Below are positions 42,325 to 52,079 of a stretch of DNA of 64,000 bases, piece by piece. Both the position numbers and the translations under genes were made by a program. Each line of letters opens with the position of its first letter. The stretch's first letter is position 1. The DNA comes from Methanocella sp. (GTDB lineage: Archaea > Thermoproteota > Bathyarchaeia > Bathyarchaeales > Bathycorpusculaceae): contig JBLNCY010000010.1 in NCBI GenBank assembly GCA_050261115.1, positions 64,001 to 128,000 on the forward strand, written 5' to 3'. The notes below the pieces were generated by a model. That model was not told the origin of the DNA. It saw nothing but the letters and a program-made list of their open reading frames with translations, and did no database searches.

Positions 42325-42340
42325 TAAGAGTAGCGCCCCG

Positions 42341-43252
42341 TTAGATACCGAGTTTCTTTTTGCACGTTGGAACTGTCATTGCTTGATTGAGTGGTACAGC
42401 GCTAATTTCTAAACCGCTAATGAATCTGGTATACGCTATGTCTGACTGGATGGCGGCGGCTATGGTTGAGTTTGGCAAAAGGTGTTTTGAGAGTTCATAA
42501 AACATTTGGGTATCCTTAGGTAAACAGTGTCCGCCGATGCCTTCTCTGGCTTCTAGGAGGTTCTCGTTCCACTTGGTATTTACTGCCTCTCTGAGTTGAT
42601 CGAAATTTAGGGCTTGATCGTGGCAGAACATTTTTAGCTCTTCAGCAAATGCTATCTCAAGGAATCTGTGGGTATTTTCCACTACTTTTGTTAGCTCTGC
42701 GATCTCGATTGATTCTACTGGGTGAAGCGGGATGTTTAGGATGTCACTGTAGAAATATGTGGCCTCTGATAGACAGCAGGCGTGGCAGCCGCCTATGACG
42801 CGTAATTGTTTAACGCCATGCTCTTCTTTTTCTTCGCTAAAGTACCGGTGTGGGGCATGTGCAACGTGGAGTTTATGGTCGAATATTGTGCAAATCTCTT
42901 GGCTTATTCCTTTAGTTATGGTGCTCTCAATTATGACCAGGGCGCCGGGTTTGGCTTCGATGTTGATTTTTTCAGCAACGTTTAGTAGTCCCTCAAGGAA
43001 TGGTAGATACATATTCTTGGGGTTATGGGTTGAGACGCAGATCATGTAATAGTCGTAGCCTCGGAAGTTGGTTGCTTGTGCCTTTATTACCCCGTCCTGC
43101 AGCGCGCGTTGAACTGCTTGTGGGTTAATATCGTAGCCCTCTACGTCTAGGCCTAGTTGAGTCATGTACTCTGCGTTGTGGTATCCTATTTCTCCCAGTC
43201 CAATGATGATGGTCTTGGGTTGTTTTCGATTTAATACGCTTTTTTTAGCCAT
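42341..43252 (-). CDS. UDP-glucose/UDP-ManNAc dehydrogenase family protein, lacking C-terminal domain
   Basis: GLGEIG, IEST, AELTKVVENTHR, GIGGHCLPKD; 303 aa. Confidence 0.85.
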   Translation of the reverse strand: MAKKSVLNRKQPKTIIIGLGEIGYHNAEYMTQLGLDVEGYDINPQAVQRALQDGVIKAQATNFRGYDYYMICVSTHNPKNMYLPFLEGLLNVAEKINIEAKPGALVIIESTITKGISQEICTIFDHKLHVAHAPHRYFSEEKEEHGVKQLRVIGGCHACCLSEATYFYSDILNIPLHPVESIEIAELTKVVENTHRFLEIAFAEELKMFCHDQALNFDQLREAVNTKWNENLLEAREGIGGHCLPKDTQMFYELSKHLLPNSTIAAAIQSDIAYTRFISGLEISAVPLNQAMTVPTCKKKLGI

Positions 43253-43518
43253 TTCCTTTCTCTTCCTATCGTTTGGTTGCTTTCACCCCTGTTTTTTGCA
43301 TGGCTCTTATGCGTTTTAGCGAATGGGGTTTTGCTGTTTTTAGAAACGGTGGTTCTCTTTTTGAAAAAGGGGCTTTGCAAAATTGCTAACTCGGCTTGGC
43401 AAGTTGCGAGCGTTAACTCGCATAAGCAAGCGCTAACACGTTTATTAACAAGTAACCCAAAGTCGGTTATGATCCCAAAAACGGCAGTTAAAACCGTGAA
43501 TAAGGGCTTCAAACGCTG

Positions 43519-44532
43519 TTAGAGTGTTGTTTGGGGCGTATCTCGGGGCATAGCCACGGCGGAAACCCCGAGTCGTTTGGCGATTTCTTTGGCTAGGGCA
43601 ACGCCCTCGCGTAGGTAGTTGTCCGTAATAACCAGTTTTGCTCGTGTGCGTTTTACGTACTCGATTAAACCATCAAAATCCGAGTGGTCACTGAGAGCGA
43701 TTATGTGCTCGCGGTCGCCGATTTGTCGGCAGGGTTTTTGGAATTCCCAGCCGCTTATGCAGAACCGGGCATTACGTAGTCCCACATGCGAGCGCTGATT
43801 CATGTGATAAAACGCCACACACGGCAAGTTGCCATCTAAGAGCTCATGGCCATCTTTGTCGCTTGACAGCGAGATGGGGCCAAGTTTCATGCCGTGCTTT
43901 CCGCAGACTTTGGTAACTTCATAGACCCGTTCAGGCATAACAAAGGGCACCTGTACATCGGCGTTACGCAAAAGCTGCATAACTTCCTGTAACTTCCCAT
44001 GGTAACCGAAAATGTAAACTGCGCCGCCACGTAAACTCCGCTCAACCATATCCACAAGTAACTGGCGCACGTCCACCCCAAAGTTTCGGCGGCAAGAAGG
44101 CTTCCCGTAAGTGGCTTCCACAACCAGCACGTCACATTCAACGGCGTCTGTGCCCTCGACACGGAAGTCGCCTGACCATGCGATGCGGATGCCGCCGGCG
44201 TCCTCGACGAGGGTTTGGCATGCCCCCAAGATGTGGTCAGCTTTTAGGAGGGTGATTTTTTCGTCGCCGTATTTGAGTACTTTGCCGTATTCGAGTGTGT
44301 GGACGGTTTCTTGGTGGAGGTTGAGGTTTTCGTTTAGAGTCTCGGCTAAGTCGCGGGTGGCTTTTGTCATGATTACTTTTTCGCAGCATTTCACGCTTTT
44401 ACGTAGCCCATAAAGGTGGTCTGCATGGGCATGCGTCACCACACGGATGGGGCGCTTGTCAAAGGCGTCGCAGGCTACACTGTCCCCTAGCAGAATCGCT
44501 CCGTTCTTTGTTACAAGTGCCCGCTCCGCCAA
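43519..44532 (-). CDS. MBL-fold beta-CASP-like nuclease
   Basis: THAHADH, HILG, SGDF, EATYG, LSDHSDF. Confidence 0.88.
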   Translation of the reverse strand: MAERALVTKNGAILLGDSVACDAFDKRPIRVVTHAHADHLYGLRKSVKCCEKVIMTKATRDLAETLNENLNLHQETVHTLEYGKVLKYGDEKITLLKADHILGACQTLVEDAGGIRIAWSGDFRVEGTDAVECDVLVVEATYGKPSCRRNFGVDVRQLLVDMVERSLRGGAVYIFGYHGKLQEVMQLLRNADVQVPFVMPERVYEVTKVCGKHGMKLGPISLSSDKDGHELLDGNLPCVAFYHMNQRSHVGLRNARFCISGWEFQKPCRQIGDREHIIALSDHSDFDGLIEYVKRTRAKLVITDNYLREGVALAKEIAKRLGVSAVAMPRDTPQTTL

Positions 44533-44547
44533 AAGTGGAACCTCAAG

Positions 44548-44952
44548 TTACCGTTCAGTTTTTTCAGCTAGCCACTCGATTAGTTTCTGGGCGTCGTCTG
44601 TTTGGATTGTGAATTTTATGGGTCCAAGAGGGGACTCTGAAGTTTCCTCACTGAAGGATACATGGCCTGCAAAGGCAACTTGCTTGTTTAAGTAGAAGCT
44701 GATGGTGTTGCCCCGGGTGGATTTGAAAAGGAGGCGTCTTGCAGCGTCTCGGATGCGGTCATTGCGCAAAAGATTGCGGAGTTTAATCAGCGCGTCTTGG
44801 CCTTCGGCTTCCGCGGTTAGGCTGCTGCCGGGGTATGCCTCTTTGATGGTGATGGCTGCGTTGCCAAGGACATTGTTAATTGCCTGTCGAACTTTCTCCT
44901 CGTCTTCAGTGGGGTTAATTTCTGTTTCAACAAAAATCGTTACTTCAACCAT
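44548..44952 (-). CDS. UPF0201/DUF54 RNA-binding protein
   Basis: PTEDEEKV, RIRDAAR, LNKQVAFAG, PLGPI. Confidence 0.9.
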   Translation of the reverse strand: MVEVTIFVETEINPTEDEEKVRQAINNVLGNAAITIKEAYPGSSLTAEAEGQDALIKLRNLLRNDRIRDAARRLLFKSTRGNTISFYLNKQVAFAGHVSFSEETSESPLGPIKFTIQTDDAQKLIEWLAEKTER

Positions 44953-45506
44953 TGTGACTCAATCCTTCCAAAATTCTCTCTAACCGAGGCTTTGAAGCCC
45001 TCTATGCTATTATCGTTAACAAGCATCTTCTCGGCCATAGCTATAACATTTCCCAAGCCCACACCCAACTCGCGGGTGTCCCGTTCATGGAAAACTTGAT
45101 AATCTGGCGGGTCATCGCTTCTGCCCCTGATTTTTAGGCGCTCAAACCGAACCTGCGGCGGGGCATGGACAGCGACGAGAACAAAGTTGTCAAAGTGCTC
45201 CCGGAAAATGTCGGCTTCATGGAGGCTGCGTAGGCCGTCGATGAGGACGCGGTTGCTTGGTTGCGTCTCAATTTTGGGGATGCATTTTTTTGCGATGACG
45301 TATTGGCCTTCTTCGGCGCGGAGTTCAAGCATGACTTTGCCGATGTTTTGGGGAGTTGGTTCGAGGCCTCTTAGCCGGGTTTGCTCTCTGACCACGTCGC
45401 CCATGGTAACTATGTCATAGCCCATCTCTTTGGCTGTTTCCACAACAAGGGATTTGCCGGCGCCGGGCATGCCTCCTAAGCCAATAACTAGTTTTTGAGC
45501 GTCCAC
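44940..45506 (-). CDS. UPF0200 P-loop nucleotide kinase (dephospho-CoA-kinase-like)
   Basis: GMPGAGKS, MGDVVRE, IDGLRS, RGRSDD. Confidence 0.85.
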   Translation of the reverse strand: MDAQKLVIGLGGMPGAGKSLVVETAKEMGYDIVTMGDVVREQTRLRGLEPTPQNIGKVMLELRAEEGQYVIAKKCIPKIETQPSNRVLIDGLRSLHEADIFREHFDNFVLVAVHAPPQVRFERLKIRGRSDDPPDYQVFHERDTRELGVGLGNVIAMAEKMLVNDNSIEGFKASVRENFGRIESQWLK

Positions 45507-45674
45507 TGTCTCGAACCTTTTTTGGTTGTATAGCAGACGCCTACATTAAAAAGCGTTTACATCATCGCCAGAAATAATAGCGGTTGCATAAGCGCTTCTA
45601 CTGTCTAAGTGGGACAGCGGTCTAGCAGCAATCAACACTATGGTATCGCGATGCAACCCGTAAAACCCCAACAT

Positions 45675-45686
45675 AAGGTATATAAG
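45675..45686 (+). promoter_or_regulatory. TATA box of 5S rRNA promoter
   Basis: AAGGTATATAAG about 25 nt before the 5S 5' end. Confidence 0.7.
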
Positions 45687-45705
45687 ACAAAACCCTACAG
45701 TAAGG

Positions 45706-45833
45706 GTAGGTTTGCCGGTCAAAGGGCACGGGTTCCACCTGATCCCATCCCGAACTCAGAAGTTAAACCGTGTTCCGTTCCCAGCTGTAGTGTGGTCTTA
45801 GGCCACGTGAACCTGGGAAAGCTGGCAGCCTAC
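45706..45833 (+). rRNA. rrf: 5S rRNA (stand-alone)
   Basis: Helix I GTAGG..TGCCGG / CTGGCA..CCTAC; CACCTGATCCCATCCCGAACTCAGAAGTTAA loop C motif; pyrimidine tract downstream. Confidence 0.93.
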
Positions 45834-45915
45834 TTTTCCCAGTCACTTCATCCCCCGATTTAGCATACCTTTATAGCTTACCTCTAATAGTTTTTGGAGA
45901 AGTGGTGTACACAAT

Positions 45916-47025
45916 TTGAGTTTCGTTCCCGGTTCAGACTCCCTCACACAAGTAATCAGTTTACTAATGTATGGCTTCTTCATCGTCTTCATCTTTTACG
46001 GTCAACGCATTCAAATGTACATAATGGTTCGAGAAGTAGAGAATTCACTGCATAAGCTACGAGTAATAAAAGACGAAGGACGCAAACTAGCCATCGACGT
46101 CTTAAAAGAAATCGGTAAACCAACCGCTGATCCCTCCCAACGCGTCGATCGCTATCTTGACTACTTTACAATCGCGCCCCAAAGCATGGATCCCTCAGGC
46201 ATAGTTAACAAACTCGACCACATCCTTGACGTACGAGACGAGCGCCTCAAAGAAGAAGTCAAGTTAATGGCTCCCGCCATAGCAGACAACGATGTCCAAA
46301 TCAACAACCTAGAAAACACCTTGGAAGCCGCTATGGCGCTTAACTACATATACAAAGTTGTTCGCCACTACTACATCCAGGGCAAGAAAACTTTGAGCCT
46401 CTATGTAATCATGCAGCTTCAAATGATCCTGCCCATGGTTATGAAAGAAGCAGAAGCATACGGCAGCGCACTCAAAGCGTTCGCGTATGGTCAACCCATC
46501 GGCGACAGCGTCGGCCCGCTTGTTGCATCCAAAATCGCTTACGGCTATCCAGCTCGCAAGGTACCCAAGGACTGTGTGGTTACAACTGTACCCTTTGAGG
46601 GACGCACCGCCCTTGTGCTTAAAGCAGAGGGCCCAGGCGGCAACGTTGGCAAGCCTGGCCAAGCAATCGAAACCGTCATCGAAGAGCAACAGGGCAAACT
46701 CAGCATGGTTATCATGATTGATGCTGGCCTCAAGCTTGAAGGTGAAATGGTTGGTGAAGTCTCAGAAGGCATCGGTGCAGCCATCGGTGGACCCGGGGTG
46801 GACGCATTTAAGATTGAGGAGAAAGTCACCAAATACAACTTGCCCCTCTATGCCGTCATAGTTAAAGAAGACATCGGCGACGCAGTGTCACCTATGCGTA
46901 AAGAAATTAACGATGCAGTCGATAAAGTCATCGAACGCGTACGCGACGTCGTCAAAGAACGCACTAACGAAGGCGACACGGTGCTTATCGTTGGTGTTGG
47001 CAACAGCATTGGAGTTGGACAATAA
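45916..47025 (+). CDS. DUF1512 family protein
   Basis: PIGDSVGPL, KAEGPGG, IDAGLKLEGE, GVGNSIG. Confidence 0.9.
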   Translation: MSFVPGSDSLTQVISLLMYGFFIVFIFYGQRIQMYIMVREVENSLHKLRVIKDEGRKLAIDVLKEIGKPTADPSQRVDRYLDYFTIAPQSMDPSGIVNKLDHILDVRDERLKEEVKLMAPAIADNDVQINNLENTLEAAMALNYIYKVVRHYYIQGKKTLSLYVIMQLQMILPMVMKEAEAYGSALKAFAYGQPIGDSVGPLVASKIAYGYPARKVPKDCVVTTVPFEGRTALVLKAEGPGGNVGKPGQAIETVIEEQQGKLSMVIMIDAGLKLEGEMVGEVSEGIGAAIGGPGVDAFKIEEKVTKYNLPLYAVIVKEDIGDAVSPMRKEINDAVDKVIERVRDVVKERTNEGDTVLIVGVGNSIGVGQ

Positions 47026-47468
47026 TGAGGCTAAACAGAATGAGCAACCAACAGACAAACGCCACTTCCACAACCGCAAAAATCAGCACCTACCTAATCC
47101 TCATCATAGTAGTCGTGCTTGGGCTATCAGTAGTCTCGCTGTTTGTCGCGGCACAAACTCTCATCGAAGGCGACACCTTGACCGCCGGATTATTCGCGGG
47201 CATAGGTTTAATCGCTATGGTGATGAGCCTGTTCCTGCTGTTCCAGTCAAGAAGAGCCGCGGCAGAAGTTAAGCTGGAAATCCCCAAAGTCATGACAACC
47301 ATCGAATGCCAAAACAAAGGCTGCGCAAACAAAACCATCCGCGAATTCCAACGAGGCGACTACGTATTCAAAGAGACCGACGTCGCATGTGGCAAATGCG
47401 GCGGCAAACAGATGATAACTGCCATCTACAAAGAAGTAAAAGAGAAAGAGAAAACCTACGCCGTCTAA
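47025..47468 (+). CDS. Membrane protein with C-terminal zinc ribbon
   Basis: Two TM helices; C..C..REFQRGDYVF..CGKC..ITAIY. Confidence 0.8.
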   Translation: MRLNRMSNQQTNATSTTAKISTYLILIIVVVLGLSVVSLFVAAQTLIEGDTLTAGLFAGIGLIAMVMSLFLLFQSRRAAAEVKLEIPKVMTTIECQNKGCANKTIREFQRGDYVFKETDVACGKCGGKQMITAIYKEVKEKEKTYAV

Positions 47469-47499
47469 ACGGCTAGGCACCCATAATTATTTTTTGTTT

Positions 47500-48402
47500 T
47501 TAGGTTAATACTTCGCAGCCGTTTTCTGTTATTAGCAGGGTATGTTCAGCTTGTGCAACTGGTTTTCCGCTGACCTCAACTAGAACAGGGTAAGCCATAA
47601 TCGACTTCGACGACAGCAACTCCTTGAAGGCCGCTTTATGCTGCTCTTTAGGCAACACTCCGATTGTCCAGCGTTCAGCAAAGGGTAAGGTGTGGAAGTT
47701 TGCTTCAATGTACTTGGCGAGTTTTTTTGCAGCGTCAGTCTTTAGCGACTTCGCCTTTAGGTAACGGTAGATTGTGCGTTGGGGGCTGTCGTCTACTCTT
47801 CCAGCGGCGTCGGGTACGGTTACGAAGGGTTCCACGGCGTAAACTCCGCCGACTTCAAGTTTATGCGGATTGAAGCCTGAGACGCTTGGGATGGATGTGC
47901 CCGCGTGGATGAGATACCTGCCGACGCTGTGACCTGTAAGGTTACTTATGGGGCGAAACCCCCGGTTTCTTATTGTTTTCTCAACTAGTGCCCCTATCTC
48001 GCTTAGTTGCATGTGGCCATATACCTTTTCTATTAGGGTGTTGAGTGCGAGTTCAGCTGTTTGGGTCATGGCTCGCCCTTCGGGGTTAAATGGCATGGTG
48101 AACGCTGTGTCGGTTACGTATCCGTCAACTTGGACGCCGATGTCGATTTTGGCTGTGCAGCCCGATGGAATAGTCGCGGTATCCCCTGGTACTGCGGTGT
48201 AGTGTGCTGTAATGGAGTCGATGGATACGTTAACTGGAAACGCTGGTTTGCCACCTTTTGCTCTGATGAGGTTTTCTGCTTTCTCGCAGACTTCTAAAAT
48301 AGACATGTTCTCTTTGACGTAGCTGCGCATTTCCTCGCGTGTTTCACGCAGGATTTTGCCTGATAGGCGAAACTTGGCTAATTCGTCGGTGTCATATGGC
48401 AT
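47500..48402 (-). CDS. map: Methionine aminopeptidase type II
   Basis: AFPVN, AHYT, DGYVTDTA, NLTGH, EPF, QAEHT. Confidence 0.96.
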   Translation of the reverse strand: MPYDTDELAKFRLSGKILRETREEMRSYVKENMSILEVCEKAENLIRAKGGKPAFPVNVSIDSITAHYTAVPGDTATIPSGCTAKIDIGVQVDGYVTDTAFTMPFNPEGRAMTQTAELALNTLIEKVYGHMQLSEIGALVEKTIRNRGFRPISNLTGHSVGRYLIHAGTSIPSVSGFNPHKLEVGGVYAVEPFVTVPDAAGRVDDSPQRTIYRYLKAKSLKTDAAKKLAKYIEANFHTLPFAERWTIGVLPKEQHKAAFKELLSSKSIMAYPVLVEVSGKPVAQAEHTLLITENGCEVLT

Positions 48403-48603
48403 TTTGCTTCACTGTATAAGGTTGGTTTATGTGGCTTCTTGCTTAAATGCATTAAAAGTAATGGGCATGGTTTTCAGGCATAGGGTTTAGGTGCTGATGA
48501 TCGGCTGTTGTTAGCCAAGTCTCGCCAAATTCTTCAGGGCATCACTATCTTTATATCAACGCATGCCTCATGCGTATTTAGGCTTTTCAAATAAAAAATC
48601 AGC

Positions 48604-49386
48604 TTGATGTTTATTATGATTTTATCTAGAGTGAGCGCTAATCTCAAGGGGAAAATGGAGAGCATCGCATACAAATCTAAGGTGCTAACAAGAGATGTAT
48701 CGGTCTCATCCCAGAATCATTATAAAATCTACTCTGCTAACCCCAAAAAGCTATACTTCCATAGGGAAATCCTCCTATCGTTGCTCCTATCCAACATCAA
48801 AAAAGGCGAGGTAGTTTATGACATCGGAGCAAACATAGGTCTCTATGCTCTTGCAGTAGCCAAAGCAGGGCTGCAAAACAGGATATACGCGTTTGAACCG
48901 AATCCCGAGACTTTTTCTAAACTCAGCGCAAACCTTGCCTTAAACAAATTATCTGGTCGAGTAGAATTCATGCAGGTTGCAGTAGGCAACACTAATGGCG
49001 AAAGCCTCTTTATGCTGTCCTCGGAGCATGAACGTAGCTCCTTTTTTCAGTCCAATGCAGCGTTTGGTAATGCCAAAGTAAAAAGGGCCGTCAAGGTAGA
49101 TGTAAGAACATTAGACTCGTTGATAGAGCAGTTGCTTCCGCCTCAGCATATCAAGATTGATGCGGAAGGCAGCGAAGTTATGGTTCTTGAAGGCGCAGAA
49201 CAAACCATCCGAAGGTACAAGCCGCTTCTCTATATTGAACCGCACAGCTTCGAGCTTGAGGATAAAATTAGCATTATGCTGCAGTTGTTAGATTACGAGT
49301 TTGAGAACTATCGCGGCCACTACATTTGCAACCCTATCGGATCACCTAAACCCATAGTTACTCAGGAGATACTAGCGTTAGCGTAA
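48604..49386 (+). CDS. FkbM family methyltransferase (start uncertain)
   Basis: YDIGANIG, AFEPNP, IKIDAEGSE. Confidence 0.9.
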   Translation: MMFIMILSRVSANLKGKMESIAYKSKVLTRDVSVSSQNHYKIYSANPKKLYFHREILLSLLLSNIKKGEVVYDIGANIGLYALAVAKAGLQNRIYAFEPNPETFSKLSANLALNKLSGRVEFMQVAVGNTNGESLFMLSSEHERSSFFQSNAAFGNAKVKRAVKVDVRTLDSLIEQLLPPQHIKIDAEGSEVMVLEGAEQTIRRYKPLLYIEPHSFELEDKISIMLQLLDYEFENYRGHYICNPIGSPKPIVTQEILALA

Positions 49387-49484
49387 AGATTCCTGCCCTA
49401 CTACATTAGAGAGTCTGGCCAGATATTAGCTGAGCGCAAAAGTGGGGTCTAAACTTTGGAGGGAGAAAAAACGTTTGTCCTTCT

Positions 49485-49655
49485 CTACAGGAAGGACTTT
49501 CGGTAGCATTCCTCGTGTCGTAGGGCGGTGCTTTTTCTGGTTGCTACACGTTGGCCTTCTAGGATGGGTTGGTGGCATATCAGGCAGAAGTTTCGACCTT
49601 TCTTTTGGGTTCTTAGAATCAATCTATGATTCATGACATAGTGATTTATTGCCAT
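49485..49655 (-). CDS. Small CxxC..HxxC zinc-finger protein (start 49655 or 49634)
   Basis: FCLICHQPILEGQ..RHEECY. Confidence 0.6.
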   Translation of the reverse strand: MAINHYVMNHRLILRTQKKGRNFCLICHQPILEGQRVATRKSTALRHEECYRKSFL

Positions 49656-49700
49656 CTTACTCACTGAAAAACACCTTCCTCTAGACGAAATAAGAGGGTT

Positions 49701-49747
49701 TTTGTCAAGGTTTCTGGACAAAGAGTTAGTCAAGGTTTCTGGACTAA
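49701..49747. promoter_or_regulatory. Two tandem palindromic boxes TTWGTCAAGGTTTCTGGACWAA, 25-bp period
   Basis: Identical 16-mer at 49704-49719 and 49729-49744, each with self-complementary arms. Confidence 0.7.
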
Positions 49748-49874
49748 CAAAATACACTTCTAAACTATGCTTTTCCACCACGAAGGTAATGCCGAAACCT
49801 CATCTAACCGCATTTTTCCGGCAGTAGCGAATACTTTTTGTCTCATACCCTCCCATATTATACAGAGAATCACG

Positions 49875-50759
49875 ATGCCGTTGATTAGTCCATTTGATCC
49901 CTGGCATTCAGGCCTCTGCACATGCCCACCCAAACTAACCTTTAACCCCTATACCGGCTGCGACCACCAATGCCTCTATTGCTACGCAACCAGTTACATC
50001 CCTAACCACCGAACCCTACGGACAAAGAAGGACATGATAACGGTGTTGCGGCGGCAGATCAGACGGCTTGATGGCGAAATTCTTGCTATGTCCAGCTCGT
50101 CGGATCCCTACCCAACCGTTGAAGCTGATCTTGGATTAACCAGGCAATGCATCAAAGTCATCGCGGAGAGTCGCTGCAGGCTTCAGGTCTTTACCAAATC
50201 CGATTTCGTGGCAAGAGACGTAGACTTACTTGAGCAGATGCCATGCACAGTAGCCCTAACCATAACCACAATAGACGACCAACTCGCCAGCATACTTGAA
50301 CCCAAAGCGCCACCCCCCAGCAAACGCCTAAAAGCGATAGAAGTCCTAACGGTGCACGGTATCCCCGTTATCGTTAGAATTGACCCAATTATCCCCTTCC
50401 TAAACGACGACCCCACCGAGCTACTCAGAGCGTTGGGCGAGCGAGGTGTTAGGCATATTACCAGCTCAACCTACAAAGCAAAAACGGATAATTGGCAGCG
50501 GCTCAAAGAGGCCCTCCCCCAAACCACCGAAAAACTCTACCCACTATACTTTAAGCAAGCTGAAACAGCTGGGGGCAACAGGCTACTCCCACGAGAGCTA
50601 AGGTTTAGTCTCATGAAAAAAGTCAGAGACTTAGCTCAGGCGCAAGGGATGCAGTTCGGCGTATGTCGAGAAGGCCTAACCGAACTAAACACCGCGCCAT
50701 GCGACGGATCGAGGCTAATGCCTAAAGCAAAGGAGGCAGCACAATGCAAACTCGCGTAA
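49875..50759 (+). CDS. Radical SAM protein, spore photoproduct lyase-like family
   Basis: NPYTGCDHQCLYCYA, SSDPYP, FTKS, LEP.APPP..RL, RIDPIIP. Confidence 0.88.
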   Translation: MPLISPFDPWHSGLCTCPPKLTFNPYTGCDHQCLYCYATSYIPNHRTLRTKKDMITVLRRQIRRLDGEILAMSSSSDPYPTVEADLGLTRQCIKVIAESRCRLQVFTKSDFVARDVDLLEQMPCTVALTITTIDDQLASILEPKAPPPSKRLKAIEVLTVHGIPVIVRIDPIIPFLNDDPTELLRALGERGVRHITSSTYKAKTDNWQRLKEALPQTTEKLYPLYFKQAETAGGNRLLPRELRFSLMKKVRDLAQAQGMQFGVCREGLTELNTAPCDGSRLMPKAKEAAQCKLA

Positions 50760-51847
50760 TCATGCTAGCCGACTTCGACTACTTCTTTGCCCAATGCGAG
50801 GAACTCCGCAACCCCGGCATAAAAGACAAACCCGTCGTCGTCGGCGTCTACTCCGGCCGTACCGAGGAAAGCGGTGCTGTCTCCACAAGCAACTATGTAG
50901 CAAGAAAGTATGGTGTCAAATCGGGTTTGCCGCTGTTTTTGGCCAAGCGGAAGCTTGAGGGCACTGACGCCGTCTTCTTCCCAGTCGACCATCAATACTA
51001 CAGCCAAATAAGCGACCGCATCATGACGATATTCCGCACCTACGCCACTGCGCTTGAACAGGTCAGCATAGACGAAGCCTACCTTGACGTAACTGAGCAG
51101 GTTGAAGGCAGCTTCGAGATAGCCCAAAGCTACGCCCAAAAAATCAAGGCAGACGTGAAAGCCCAAGTTGGAATCTCGATTACCATTGGCGTTGGACCCA
51201 ATAAGCTGATTGCGAAGATCGCCTGCGACAGCCAAAAACCCGACGGCTTAACCATCGTGCGACCTGAAGATGCCCAGGCGTTTCTTGCTCCGATGCCGGT
51301 AGATCGGTTGCTGGGGGTGGGTAAGAAGACGACCGCACGGATGGAGCAGATGGGCATCAAAACCATAGCGGACCTCTCCAAATACGACTGTCAACGCTTA
51401 ATCGAGGTCTTCGGCAAGGCCTTGGGAATCTATTTCCATAACGCCGCCAACGCAATCGACAACGAACAAGTGCGAGAGCAAGGCGAGGCGGAATCCATAA
51501 GCAAAATCGCCACCCTCAAACAGGACACCCACGACTTGGGATTCATTACCCAAAAAACCAACGAACTAATAGACATAGTCTACAAGGAAGTCATCGAAAA
51601 AGGCTACAGCTTCAAAACTATCTCAATCTACACAGTTAACGTGGACCTAAGCAGCAAAACCCGCAGCATAACCCTAGACCAACCCGCTAAAGACAAAGAA
51701 ACAATCTGCCGTAACGTGCGTATGTTGTTTGAGAAGTATCTTTCAGAGTCGCCGCTGGATATTCGGCGGGTTGGCGTTAAGGTTTCGGGGTTCAGTAAAG
51801 AGCCGCCTAAGCAGAAGAGTCTGATGAGCTTTTTTGGGTCAACTTAG
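50744..51847 (+). CDS. dinB: DNA polymerase IV (Y family)
   Basis: DFDYFFAQ, NYVARKYGV, SIDEAYLD, KPDG, GVGKKT. Confidence 0.96.
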   Translation: MQTRVIMLADFDYFFAQCEELRNPGIKDKPVVVGVYSGRTEESGAVSTSNYVARKYGVKSGLPLFLAKRKLEGTDAVFFPVDHQYYSQISDRIMTIFRTYATALEQVSIDEAYLDVTEQVEGSFEIAQSYAQKIKADVKAQVGISITIGVGPNKLIAKIACDSQKPDGLTIVRPEDAQAFLAPMPVDRLLGVGKKTTARMEQMGIKTIADLSKYDCQRLIEVFGKALGIYFHNAANAIDNEQVREQGEAESISKIATLKQDTHDLGFITQKTNELIDIVYKEVIEKGYSFKTISIYTVNVDLSSKTRSITLDQPAKDKETICRNVRMLFEKYLSESPLDIRRVGVKVSGFSKEPPKQKSLMSFFGST

Positions 51848-51864
51848 CTCTGGTAAATAGGCGT

Positions 51865-51987
51865 ATTTTCTATCCCGGTGCAGTTGCACAGCCCCAGTGC
51901 CAAGAACCAACAAACACCAGACATACACTGCTACCGTCCAGTTGCTGAGTCTATATAAGGGCAGAGGGTCTCTGTGAGAGCCACAGA
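51865..51987 (+). repeat. Dispersed intergenic repeat, copy 5
   Basis: Core GCTGAGTCTATATAAGGGCAGAGGGTCTCTGTGAGAGCCACAGA at 51944-51987; upstream TTTCTATCCCGGTGCAGTTGCACAGCCC matches copy 2 TTTCTATCTGGACGCATTTGCGCAGCCC. Confidence 0.75.
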
Positions 51988-52079
51988 AGCAAAATACCTA
52001 CCCTACTGGTAAGATGCAACATTAGATGTCTACAAGAATAATTATCTCGCCAAACACCTATACATAATGGAGAAAAACC

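Noticed and set aside
45609-45863. 84-aa ORF
   Set aside because: Overlaps the 5S rRNA gene and its promoter
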